Positions 44,783 through 52,773 of a stretch of DNA of 60,110 nucleotides are shown here, piece by piece. The position numbers were made by a program, and so were the translations under genes. The notes beneath the pieces are model-generated. The model worked only from the letters and a program-made list of their open reading frames with translations, did no database searches and was not told the DNA's origin. Source of the stretch: a bacterium (lineage in GTDB: Bacteria > Zhuqueibacterota > Zhuqueibacteria > Oceanimicrobiales > Oceanimicrobiaceae); contig JBHHYI010000003.1 in NCBI GenBank assembly GCA_046757525.1, positions 1-60,110 of the forward strand, given 5' to 3'. How positions within the stretch are numbered: the stretch's first letter is position 1; each line of letters starts with the position of its first letter.

Positions 44783-45195
44783 CGTTTAAAAAAAGCAAAC
44801 AAAATGCCCAGGATGACACCTACCTGTCCGACCCAGAAGATGAACATCCATTTGATTAAATCAGCCTTGGTTTCGGAGATTTTTGTCGACAATCGGTTGT
44901 CTACCGCAGCAATCTTGGCCGATAATCGGTTGTCTACATTGGCAATTCTTGCCGATAAACTGTTGTCCATTTCTGAAATTCTGTTGTCCATCGCCGAGAT
45001 TCTCAGCGTCAATCTATTTTCCAGGCCCCCTATCTCTTCAGACAACCTTCGTTCAAACTTCTCTTCGACGAATTCCAGAATGTCATTTTTTTGATTTTCC
45101 TGGGATTGATTGATGAGGTCGACCAGTGAGTCCACTGCCTCGTCCCCTAATTTCTCCCTTAAAGGCTTGCCGACGGTTAGAATGGGCATAATCAT
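44779..45195 (-). CDS. DUF1640-like tail-anchored coiled-coil protein
   Basis: 11-aa repeats (RISAMDNRISE / MDNSLSARIAN / VDNRLSAKIAA / VDNRLSTKISE), then ADLIKWMFIFWVGQVGVILGILFAFF as the C-terminal TM. Confidence 0.55.
   Translation of the reverse strand: MIMPILTVGKPLREKLGDEAVDSLVDLINQSQENQKNDILEFVEEKFERRLSEEIGGLENRLTLRISAMDNRISEMDNSLSARIANVDNRLSAKIAAVDNRLSTKISETKADLIKWMFIFWVGQVGVILGILFAFFKR
44888..45019. repeat. Four tandem 33-bp repeats inside the DUF1640-like gene
   Basis: Units at 44888-44920 and 44921-44953 are nearly identical (GAYAATCGGTTGTCTAC..GCAATYCTTGCC). Two more diverged units follow. Confidence 0.8.
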
Positions 45196-45251
45196 CTCCC
45201 TCTTTCACTAATCTTTCTTGAGCAAATAAAAGAAAAATTCAGGTCAAAATC

Positions 45252-45268
45252 AACCGAATGTTTCGGTT
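45252..45268 (-). terminator. Weak terminator candidate after the anti-sigma kinase gene
   Basis: AACCGAA-tgt-TTCGGTT hairpin 9 nt after the stop; on the minus strand it is followed by GATTTTGA. Confidence 0.35.
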
Positions 45269-45276
45269 GGTTCAGG

Positions 45277-45708
45277 TCAGCGATCCAAATGGATGACCAT
45301 GCGAGTAACGTTTCCACCTCTGGGCACTTTCTTGAATTCTACCTCATCCACCAGATTCTTGATGAGGAAGATGCCCCAGCCGCTGATGTCCTGGCCTCCC
45401 AATATCTGTTTCTCTATTTTTGGCACCTTAATCTTCTTTTGCAATCCCTGACCCTCATCCCTGACATTGACTTCGAGACATTCGTTCTTAATCTGCAACG
45501 AAACCAATACCTTGGTGTTTTTCTTCAACCGATTGCCGTGCGCCATGGCGTTGGTACAGGCCTCCCCGACGGCAGTCTTGAGGTCTTCCACCCGGGTGGG
45601 ATGGAAACCCATCATGTTGGCCACGGCTGCAGCCGACTCAATGGCGACTTTTTCGTACCCTATGATAGAGGGAATGTGCAATTCGATTGTTCTCTGAGGA
45701 GCGGCCAT
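45277..45708 (-). CDS. Anti-sigma regulatory factor (RsbW/SpoIIAB-like Ser/Thr kinase, HATPase_c fold)
   Basis: N-box GEACTNAMAHG, G1 box RDEGQG and G2 box GWGIFLIKNL. Confidence 0.8.
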   Translation of the reverse strand: MAAPQRTIELHIPSIIGYEKVAIESAAAVANMMGFHPTRVEDLKTAVGEACTNAMAHGNRLKKNTKVLVSLQIKNECLEVNVRDEGQGLQKKIKVPKIEKQILGGQDISGWGIFLIKNLVDEVEFKKVPRGGNVTRMVIHLDR

Positions 45709-45719
45709 ACTTCTTGAGC

Positions 45720-47222
45720 CTATTTAATCTTTACAATCACCAAAGTGACATCGTCGTGAGAATTGTTTCTTCCACTATAACGATGCATATCGCCCACTAA
45801 TTTCTCCACCATCACCGTTGGTGTGAGTTGGGCGTGCTGTTTAACAGAAGCAAACAACCGGTCAAAGCCATAGGCTTCATAACTTCCATTCATGGCGTCC
45901 ACGATACCGTCCGTGTAAAAGACCAGAAGGTCACCAGATTGCAGCTTAAAGCATAGCTGTTCATAAATGCTGGACTTAACGATTCCCAAAGGAAAGCGGT
46001 CGGATTTCTGAGCCTGGGGCAAAAAGCTAACCTGGCCCTGTCTCCAAACGATGGGTAGGGTTTGGCCGGCATTGGTGTAATAAAGCCGGCGCGATTTTGG
46101 ATCGAATATGCCGTAGAACAACGCGACGAACATATTGCTTTGAATGTCTTTGTTTAAACGGTCGTTGGCCAATTTCAAAACCTGGTCGGTCTTCTGCTTT
46201 TCTTCAGCGGCAAAACGTACGGCACTCATGGCGGCTGTCATGACCATGGCAGCCGATACGCCATGACCAGACACATCGCCGATGACCACACCGAATTTCC
46301 CTCCGTCGAGGTTCAGAAAATCATAAAAATCGCCGCCAACTTCTTTAGCGGGTATGGATTTCGCGCTGATCTGAATACCGGCGACTTCCGGGTAAGTGTC
46401 TGGCAACATCTGGGCCTGCATGTCCCGCGCCACGTTGAATTCGTGCCAGATGCGCGCATTTTCGCGTAACGATTGCACCATGGCGTTAAAAGCCTGCGCC
46501 AGCATGCCGATTTCATCGTGCGTCTTATAGTCAATGGAAACCTCCCAATTCCCTTTTGCGACCTCCTTTGTACTATCGGTGAGCCGCTGCACAGGTTTAA
46601 ACATTTGACGAATTATGAAATAAACCGCTAAAACCCCAACAAAAATAACAAAAAGGAAAACCTGTATTAACGTTTTCCTGAGCGAATCCCGGCTGGCGTA
46701 AACATCCTTTTCATACCCGGTCGCCAGAATCACCCAGTGCCAACGCGCGAAATACTTGAAGTAGCCGATCTTTTTCTCGCCTTTTCTCCCTTTGGCCTTT
46801 GTGTGTTGTCGGTAGTAGGTAAAATTCGTGTAGCCGTTTTTCTTGCCGTGCGCATCGATCTCGTCGAGAAGCTTTTTTATGTGAGGAAATTCATCATTGT
46901 ACAGAGAAACACCAACATCGGTGGGGTGAACGATCAATACGCCTTTGTTAGGACCGTCTTCGTTGCTGATCACAGAAATGTACCCATCCTTGGCAATCTG
47001 GATGGCAGCAATCTCACTCTTCAAGGTATCCAGAGATTCCAGGATGTATTTGCTGTGATGGTCACAGAGCACGAAGGCCTGTTCCGTTTTTGCCACCAGC
47101 AGCTCCCTGGCCAACTTCTTGATCTCGCCCTTTGATTCCTGGTAACCCAGGAAGCCAGCCACGGCAACGGTTACCATAATCTCCAAAACGGCTACGAGAA
47201 TAAGTTTTACTCTAAGGGTCAT
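45720..47222 (-). CDS. SpoIIE/RsbU-type PP2C phosphatase with periplasmic sensor and HAMP domains
   Basis: Two TMs flank a roughly 170-aa sensor. HAMP domain (PVQRLTDSTKEVAKGNWEVSIDYKTHDEIGMLAQAFNAM). PP2C motifs are GGDFYDF, GDVSGHGVSAA and TDGIVDA. Confidence 0.85.
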   Translation of the reverse strand: MTLRVKLILVAVLEIMVTVAVAGFLGYQESKGEIKKLARELLVAKTEQAFVLCDHHSKYILESLDTLKSEIAAIQIAKDGYISVISNEDGPNKGVLIVHPTDVGVSLYNDEFPHIKKLLDEIDAHGKKNGYTNFTYYRQHTKAKGRKGEKKIGYFKYFARWHWVILATGYEKDVYASRDSLRKTLIQVFLFVIFVGVLAVYFIIRQMFKPVQRLTDSTKEVAKGNWEVSIDYKTHDEIGMLAQAFNAMVQSLRENARIWHEFNVARDMQAQMLPDTYPEVAGIQISAKSIPAKEVGGDFYDFLNLDGGKFGVVIGDVSGHGVSAAMVMTAAMSAVRFAAEEKQKTDQVLKLANDRLNKDIQSNMFVALFYGIFDPKSRRLYYTNAGQTLPIVWRQGQVSFLPQAQKSDRFPLGIVKSSIYEQLCFKLQSGDLLVFYTDGIVDAMNGSYEAYGFDRLFASVKQHAQLTPTVMVEKLVGDMHRYSGRNNSHDDVTLVIVKIK

Positions 47223-47250
47223 TGGACGAGGTTAAACAGATGTCTCTGAT

Positions 47251-48897
47251 TTAGGAGCGCTGTTCGATGCCCAGCCTCTCTATTTTCTTCTGCAAGCCCA
47301 AACGACTGATGCCTAATTTGCGGGCGACTTCGCTCTTGTTCCACCGGTACCTCTCCAACGCCTCACAGATCAAGCGGCGTTCCACATCGTCCAGGGCCCC
47401 GCGCAAGGAGTCAGCCGCCGGCTTCTGCAGCACTTTCTGGTGGGCGGCTTCTTGCAGGATGCCGGACGACAGATATTCGGGCTCACTGGCGCTGGCCAAA
47501 GGTTCTGCGTGGGTTATTTTATGGGACAAATCCTCGGGTTGAATGACGGCGTCATCATGGGCTAAGGTAGTCAGCTTTTCAATCTCGTTCTCCAACTCCC
47601 TGATATTGCCGGGCCAGTCGTATTGCGCTAAATACAGCATGGCCTTTGCAGATAACCCTCGGATGTTTGTGCCAATTATCGCTCTATATTTTTTTATAAA
47701 ATGATTCACCAGCAGCGGGATATCGTCACGACGCTCTCGCAAAGGCGGAATGTGCAGCTCCAGAACGCTCAGGCGAAAGAAAAGGTCTTCGCGGAAATTA
47801 CCCTTTTTCATCTCCTGTTCGAGATTTTTGTTGGTGGCAGCAATCACCCGAACGTCCACCGTGGTTTCTTTGGTACCCCCCACTCTGCGAAAACTGCGTT
47901 CTTGCAAGACCCTGAGAATCTTTGCCTGAGAACTGAGCGGCATGTCGCCAATCTCGTCGATAAACAGGGTGCCGCCATCGGCTTGCTCAAAATAGCCGAT
48001 GTGCTTCTTAACGCCGGTAGCGACGCCGGCCTCGATGCCAAAAAGCTCAGACTCCACCAGGTTTTCGGGAATGGCCGTGCTGTTCACCGCTACAAACGGG
48101 TTGTCCTTGCGCGGACTGTGGTAGTGGATGGTTTTGGCAATCAGCTCTTTGCCGGTTCCGGTTTCGCCGTAAATCAGAACGTTGGTGGGGCTTCTCGCTA
48201 CATTCCTGACTTGGTTCATGAGCTTTCGAATGCCAGCGCTCTGCCCGATGATGCGACCCTCGGCATATTCCTTTTGTACTTGCTCGCGCAAAGCGATGTT
48301 CTCGAGCTGCAAGCGCTGCTGCGCGTCTTTAAGCTGTTCGTACAACCTCAAATTCTCCAGCGCCGTGGTGACGTGACTGGCTACCGCTTCTAACAAATCC
48401 TGATCAGCTTGCGAGTAGACCTCGCCCGACAGTTTTTTCCCCAAAAAAATCCCGCCCAGGACATTCTCCCGACCGAGGAATTCCACCCAAACCGAGGTCG
48501 CCTCGGTCAAGTTGCGCTTGTTTTGTTTCCTAACATAATGGATTAAGAACTTTTTCTTGCTTTCGGCAGACCTGGCCTCAAAGCTCGACTGTGCCAGTCT
48601 ATCTTCCAGGGACAAACACACCTGCTTGCCAAAGCCGCGTTCCGCCGCCACCTGCCAGCCATCTTGATTGGAAGCGATGAGCGCCAGGCCGTATTCAACA
48701 CCAAAAGTGCCCATCAAAATCGAAAGCACTTCCTTATAAATGGAAGAGCTGTTGCGACAAGCGTTCAGGGCTTGCGCAATTTCGTACAGCGTTTGCAGGT
48801 GAAAAACCTTTAGCTCCAGCTCCATTTCGTTCCCTGATTCGAGGTGAATGGCATAAGATGTTTTGGTACCAACATCTTTCATGGAATTGTGTGTCAC
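47251..48897 (-). CDS. GAF-domain bacterial enhancer-binding protein (NtrC/Fis family AAA+ activator) with a variant GAFTGA loop
   Basis: Walker A GETGTGKE, ESELFG, FEQADGGTLFIDEIGDM, R-finger region FREDLFFRL and a C-terminal Fis-type HTH (KSEVARKLGISRLGLQKKI). The GAFTGA position reads GVATGV. Confidence 0.85.
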   Translation of the reverse strand: MTHNSMKDVGTKTSYAIHLESGNEMELELKVFHLQTLYEIAQALNACRNSSSIYKEVLSILMGTFGVEYGLALIASNQDGWQVAAERGFGKQVCLSLEDRLAQSSFEARSAESKKKFLIHYVRKQNKRNLTEATSVWVEFLGRENVLGGIFLGKKLSGEVYSQADQDLLEAVASHVTTALENLRLYEQLKDAQQRLQLENIALREQVQKEYAEGRIIGQSAGIRKLMNQVRNVARSPTNVLIYGETGTGKELIAKTIHYHSPRKDNPFVAVNSTAIPENLVESELFGIEAGVATGVKKHIGYFEQADGGTLFIDEIGDMPLSSQAKILRVLQERSFRRVGGTKETTVDVRVIAATNKNLEQEMKKGNFREDLFFRLSVLELHIPPLRERRDDIPLLVNHFIKKYRAIIGTNIRGLSAKAMLYLAQYDWPGNIRELENEIEKLTTLAHDDAVIQPEDLSHKITHAEPLASASEPEYLSSGILQEAAHQKVLQKPAADSLRGALDDVERRLICEALERYRWNKSEVARKLGISRLGLQKKIERLGIEQRS

Positions 48898-48948
48898 TAT
48901 TTAAACGTAGATTAGAAATAAAGGTTTTGCAGAAATACGGCCCAAATG

Positions 48949-48978
48949 AAAAAGGCCATCGTCACCAGATCGATGGCC
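48949..48978 (-). terminator. Rho-independent terminator after the SDR gene
   Basis: GGCCATCG-(9 nt)-CGATGGCC, followed on the minus strand by TTTTT. Confidence 0.7.
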
Positions 48979-49029
48979 TCGTGAAACCCGCCAGATTAAA
49001 ACGATTCCCAAACAAACGGGATGGTACCG

Positions 49030-49839
49030 TTAACCGGTGATGTCTTCACCCCCATCCACTCTGATGACGTTGCCCGTCATCCACGAGTTGCTTTCGTGGC
49101 ACAGAAGCACAATGGCTTTGGCAACGTCTTCGGGCGTGGTGAGGCGTCCCATGGGATTCTTTTCACGCGCGAAAGCTACCATTTCCTCATTGCCGGGAAT
49201 CTTGCGCAAAGCGGGGGTGTCGGTAACCCCGGCCTGAATGGCGTTGACCGTGATGCCTCTGGGTGCTAATTCCAGGGCCAATTGCCGGCAGTGCGATTCC
49301 AGTGCCGCTTTGGCAGCAGAAACCGGCCCATAACTGGCCCAAACGCGATGGCCACCGGAACTGGTCATGGCATAAATGCGACCCCCCTTGCGCATGAGCT
49401 GGTTGAAAAGCAAGGCCTGAGTCCAATAGACCAGGCTGTTGGCCATCACCTCCAGGGTCATGTCCATCTGGGCCTTGGTGAGGGTTTCCTTCGGATCTTC
49501 AGGTATGAAGCGTCGCAAAGTTCCGAAGGCCAGGGAGTGCATGAGCACCCGGATCTGGGAATGCTCACCCGTTCGGCTCACTTCCTCTTTCATCGCAACG
49601 ATGGCCTCCTGGCGCTTTTCAGGATCGGAGGCGTTCATGTTAAAAAACACCGCCTTGCGATCCTGGCTTTGGATTTCTTGCACGATCCTTTCAGCATTTG
49701 GCAACGTTGCCTTTCGGTCTAAATGCACTCCAAAGATATGAAATCCATGTTTGGCCAATTCCACAGCCGTACTTCCTCCGAAGCCACTGGAAGCGCCCAG
49801 AATGAGCGCCCAGTCATTTGCGCTACCAGAATTCCCCAA
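49030..49839 (-). CDS. Short-chain dehydrogenase/reductase (enoyl-ACP-reductase-like)
   Basis: LILGASSGFGGS Rossmann motif; catalytic Y-x3/6-K context (SYGPVSAAKAALE); C-terminal MTGNVIRVDGG. Confidence 0.75.
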   Translation of the reverse strand: MGNSGSANDWALILGASSGFGGSTAVELAKHGFHIFGVHLDRKATLPNAERIVQEIQSQDRKAVFFNMNASDPEKRQEAIVAMKEEVSRTGEHSQIRVLMHSLAFGTLRRFIPEDPKETLTKAQMDMTLEVMANSLVYWTQALLFNQLMRKGGRIYAMTSSGGHRVWASYGPVSAAKAALESHCRQLALELAPRGITVNAIQAGVTDTPALRKIPGNEEMVAFAREKNPMGRLTTPEDVAKAIVLLCHESNSWMTGNVIRVDGGEDITG

Positions 49840-49987
49840 TTTACCCTCCTTAAGTTTTCTGTTGCAGCCTGGCGGCCAATCTGATTACCAAGAGATATGA
49901 ATCTGACGACTAAATAATAACGAGCTTTTGCGAGAATGTCAAGAATTTTCTCCTTTTGCTTCTTGCAAACGCAGCGTTCCCACAGTT

Positions 49988-50632
49988 TCAACAAAAAATC
50001 CATTGCAAGGCGCGAATGTCTTCGATCAGGTAATCCGGTTGCGCCTCTCTCAGAATAGCAGGCTCTCGAAAGCCATAGGTCACGGCGCAGGTGGTCAGAT
50101 GTGCTTGTTTTCCGGCTTCGATGTCGGTGGTGCCGTCGCCAATCATGGCGGCGTCGCCAGGTTTTACTTCCAAACGCCGCAAAACTACCAGGATAGGTTC
50201 AGGGCTGGGCTTCATCGCAACGACCGAGTCGCCCCCTAAGATTAGGTCGAAAAAGGACTCGATTTCCAGACCTCGCATGATTGACCGGCAGAACGACACC
50301 GGTTTGTTGGAGAGGACCGCCAGCTTCTTGTCGCGGAAATGTCTTAGGGTTTCATCGACGCCGGGGTACAACGCGGTGAAGTCCAGCGCGTGCTCGTCAT
50401 AGTGCTTGCGAAACAAGGCAACGGCTTCTTCGACTTTGGCCTGGTGCTCGTTTGGCAACGATCGCTCCATAAGCTTCCGCAATCCATCGCCCACCCCTTG
50501 CATCACGGTGGCAACCTCGAGCGCCGGCAGGCCCAATTGCGCTCGTGCGTAGTTTACCGAGTTGGTGATGTCCTGGCTGGTGTCGACCAGGGTGCCGTCC
50601 AAATCGAATATGAGCAATTCTTTTTTTAACAT
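49988..50632 (-). CDS. HAD-superfamily hydrolase (phosphoglycolate-phosphatase-like)
   Basis: The ATG at 50632 gives MLKKELLIFDLDGTLVDT (motif I). Also LSNK (motif II) and MIGDGTTDIEAG (motifs III/IV). Confidence 0.8.
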   Translation of the reverse strand: MLKKELLIFDLDGTLVDTSQDITNSVNYARAQLGLPALEVATVMQGVGDGLRKLMERSLPNEHQAKVEEAVALFRKHYDEHALDFTALYPGVDETLRHFRDKKLAVLSNKPVSFCRSIMRGLEIESFFDLILGGDSVVAMKPSPEPILVVLRRLEVKPGDAAMIGDGTTDIEAGKQAHLTTCAVTYGFREPAILREAQPDYLIEDIRALQWIFC

Positions 50633-50742
50633 GAATACGAATGCCAGTTCTGAATAAACATCCAAACCCAACAACGTTGGTCGTTCCCGTCCGGCGGTTG
50701 CCAGATTAATAGGGAATCTTGTTCAACTTAAGCCGCAGCTCT

Positions 50743-50860
50743 CGTGCCCAAACTCCAGTTTGGGCACGCACTTGCTCGGGAAGCTCTGCTTCGCGGAGTC
50801 CGAGATGCCTATCGAAGCGAAGCTTCTTTACCAATTGCCTTCCAAAATAAAATTTTGGAA
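50743..50860. repeat. Cluster of extragenic palindromes (REP-like)
   Basis: CGTGCCCAAAC-tcca-GTTTGGGCACG (50743-50768), an imperfect GAAGCT..AGCTTC hairpin (about 50778-50830), and TTCCAAAAT-aaa-ATTTTGGAA (50840-50860). Both ORF-track ORFs here look like repeat artefacts. Confidence 0.5.
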
Positions 50861-50906
50861 CGAATTGAATCCTCCTCTTACTCCGAAAGACGTGCAACAG
50901 AGCGTT

Positions 50907-51668
50907 TCATAAGAGTGTGCCCAGTAAATCCATGCACACCTGTTGGCTCTGTCCATCCTGATCTAACTTCGGATTCCAGGTACTCATGGAAACCGCAACA
51001 ATGTGTCCAGTGCCAGCCAGGTAGTGGAAAACCTCGCGCAACTCAAGCGACGTCGGGCCACCCGGGGCGCGGTAGTTCATGGCGGGCGCCTCCTCCGGGT
51101 TGAGAACATCGGTATCGAAATGAATGTACAAAGGATTGCTTGCAAGAACCTGCTGGAACACCTCATTGACCTCAGGCAAATGGACTACCTCTGACTCTTC
51201 GAGCAAAGCCCGTTCGCCTGGATCCAAATCGCGGGCGTCCGTCAAAATCACTCGAGTCTCGGGGAAGGGAGTAAGCCCTACCGCCTTGACCATGCTTTGT
51301 TCACCGCGCCCGACCAACATGGCCAAGGGCATACCACCGAGAAACCCGCTTGGCGTTGTTTCCCAGGTATTAAAATCGCCGTGGGCATCGAACCAGATCA
51401 TAACTGGATCGAGATCCGCGCGCTGCAAACCGGCTAACACGCCAAGGGTAGAGCAGCAATCGCCAGCAATGCATACGGGGCGCCTGCCCTGGGCCATGGA
51501 CTTGGCCACCAGATCAGCCAAAGACTGGTGTAGCACGGACATGCGTACTTGTGTGCGCGCTTCAGGTAAACTGGCTTTGTTGACACGCCAATCCGGTTTT
51601 GCCAGCGCCTCCAGCTCAGGCATGGTTTCGTCGAGAAAATAAGGCGTTAAAATAGTCTGGTTTTTCAT
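50907..51668 (-). CDS. Arginase/ureohydrolase-family protein with an atypical first metal motif
   Basis: DAHGDFN, HFDTDVLNP and S..W.P..D motifs are present. The GGDHS position reads AGDCCS. Confidence 0.7.
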   Translation of the reverse strand: MKNQTILTPYFLDETMPELEALAKPDWRVNKASLPEARTQVRMSVLHQSLADLVAKSMAQGRRPVCIAGDCCSTLGVLAGLQRADLDPVMIWFDAHGDFNTWETTPSGFLGGMPLAMLVGRGEQSMVKAVGLTPFPETRVILTDARDLDPGERALLEESEVVHLPEVNEVFQQVLASNPLYIHFDTDVLNPEEAPAMNYRAPGGPTSLELREVFHYLAGTGHIVAVSMSTWNPKLDQDGQSQQVCMDLLGTLL

Positions 51669-51925
51669 AACGGACCTTTCTCACGATTAACACCTGGCGA
51701 CTCTTCCGAATTCTGTGTGCCCTGAGATTATCCGAACAAATCGTTGTAGAGCCCTTTCAAGCTCCGAACTTATCTGCAAAAATCCCGTAACTAATGTAGC
51801 AAACCTCTCAAAACAAAGCAAATAAAAATAGACCTTTGTGAAAAAGCGGAGAGTCGAACCTGAACTTTCGCGGATAAAACACTCTTTTGTCTTGCAATGT
51901 TTTGATTTATTTTTAATATTGAAGC

Positions 51926-52771
51926 ATGATTCGATTTCGAAATTTGAGCAAGCGTTTTGGGTCTAATGTCGCCGTGGACGGTCTCACCTTAGAGATCAAA
52001 ACGGGCGAAGTCTTTGGGCTTCTGGGACCGAACGGGGCTGGCAAAACCACCACAGTTAACCTGGCCGTGGGGCTTCTCCAACCGGATGAAGGTTCGGTGG
52101 AATTGAATGGTTCGGGCGCTCCCTCTTCCCCGGAAGTGCGCAAAAAAATCGGCGTGGCGCCCCAGGCCCTGGCTATTTACGACACGCTTTCCGCTGAGGA
52201 GAATCTTAGGTTTTTTGGCGAGATTCAGGGTATGGCGAGAAACCGGCTGGCAAAACGGGTGGCCTGGTCGTTGGACTTCGTGGGTCTTACGGAGCGTGGC
52301 CGCGATCTGGTCAAGACCTTCTCCGGCGGCATGAAACGGCGTCTGAATCTGGCCATCGCTCTGGTACACGATCCGCCGCTCTTGCTCTTAGACGAGCCCA
52401 CGGTAGGCGTCGATCCGCAGTCGCGCAACGCCATTTTTGAAAACATCGAGGCGCTGCAAAAGCAGGGCCGCACCATCGTCTACACCACGCACTATATGGA
52501 AGAAGCGCAACGGCTGTGCGATCGCGTGGGCATCCTCGACCACGGAAAACTGTTGGCGCTCGACACCGTAGAACATCTCATCGCCGCGCACGGTGGTAAG
52601 AGCGTTGTCATCGTAGAAGAGGCAGAAGGCGAAGTGCGAATGGAGACGGATGATCCCATCTCGGAGCTCATGCGCCTGCAACAGAAGGGCAATTGGGTGC
52701 GCTTCCGTGTGGACAGTCCCGACCTGGAACGGGTTTTTCTCAATCTAACCGGCCGACACTTGAGGGATTGA
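51926..52771 (+). CDS. ABC transporter ATP-binding protein
   Basis: Walker A GPNGAGKTT, signature FSGGMKRRL, Walker B LLLLDEPTVGVD. Confidence 0.9.
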   Translation: MIRFRNLSKRFGSNVAVDGLTLEIKTGEVFGLLGPNGAGKTTTVNLAVGLLQPDEGSVELNGSGAPSSPEVRKKIGVAPQALAIYDTLSAEENLRFFGEIQGMARNRLAKRVAWSLDFVGLTERGRDLVKTFSGGMKRRLNLAIALVHDPPLLLLDEPTVGVDPQSRNAIFENIEALQKQGRTIVYTTHYMEEAQRLCDRVGILDHGKLLALDTVEHLIAAHGGKSVVIVEEAEGEVRMETDDPISELMRLQQKGNWVRFRVDSPDLERVFLNLTGRHLRD

Positions 52772-52773
52772 AC

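Noticed and set aside
44888-45019. Possible CRISPR-like array, suggested by regularly spaced 33-bp repeats.
   Set aside because: The repeats are contiguous with no spacers and are in frame inside a coding sequence, where they encode 11-aa coiled-coil repeats. There are no cas genes in the window.
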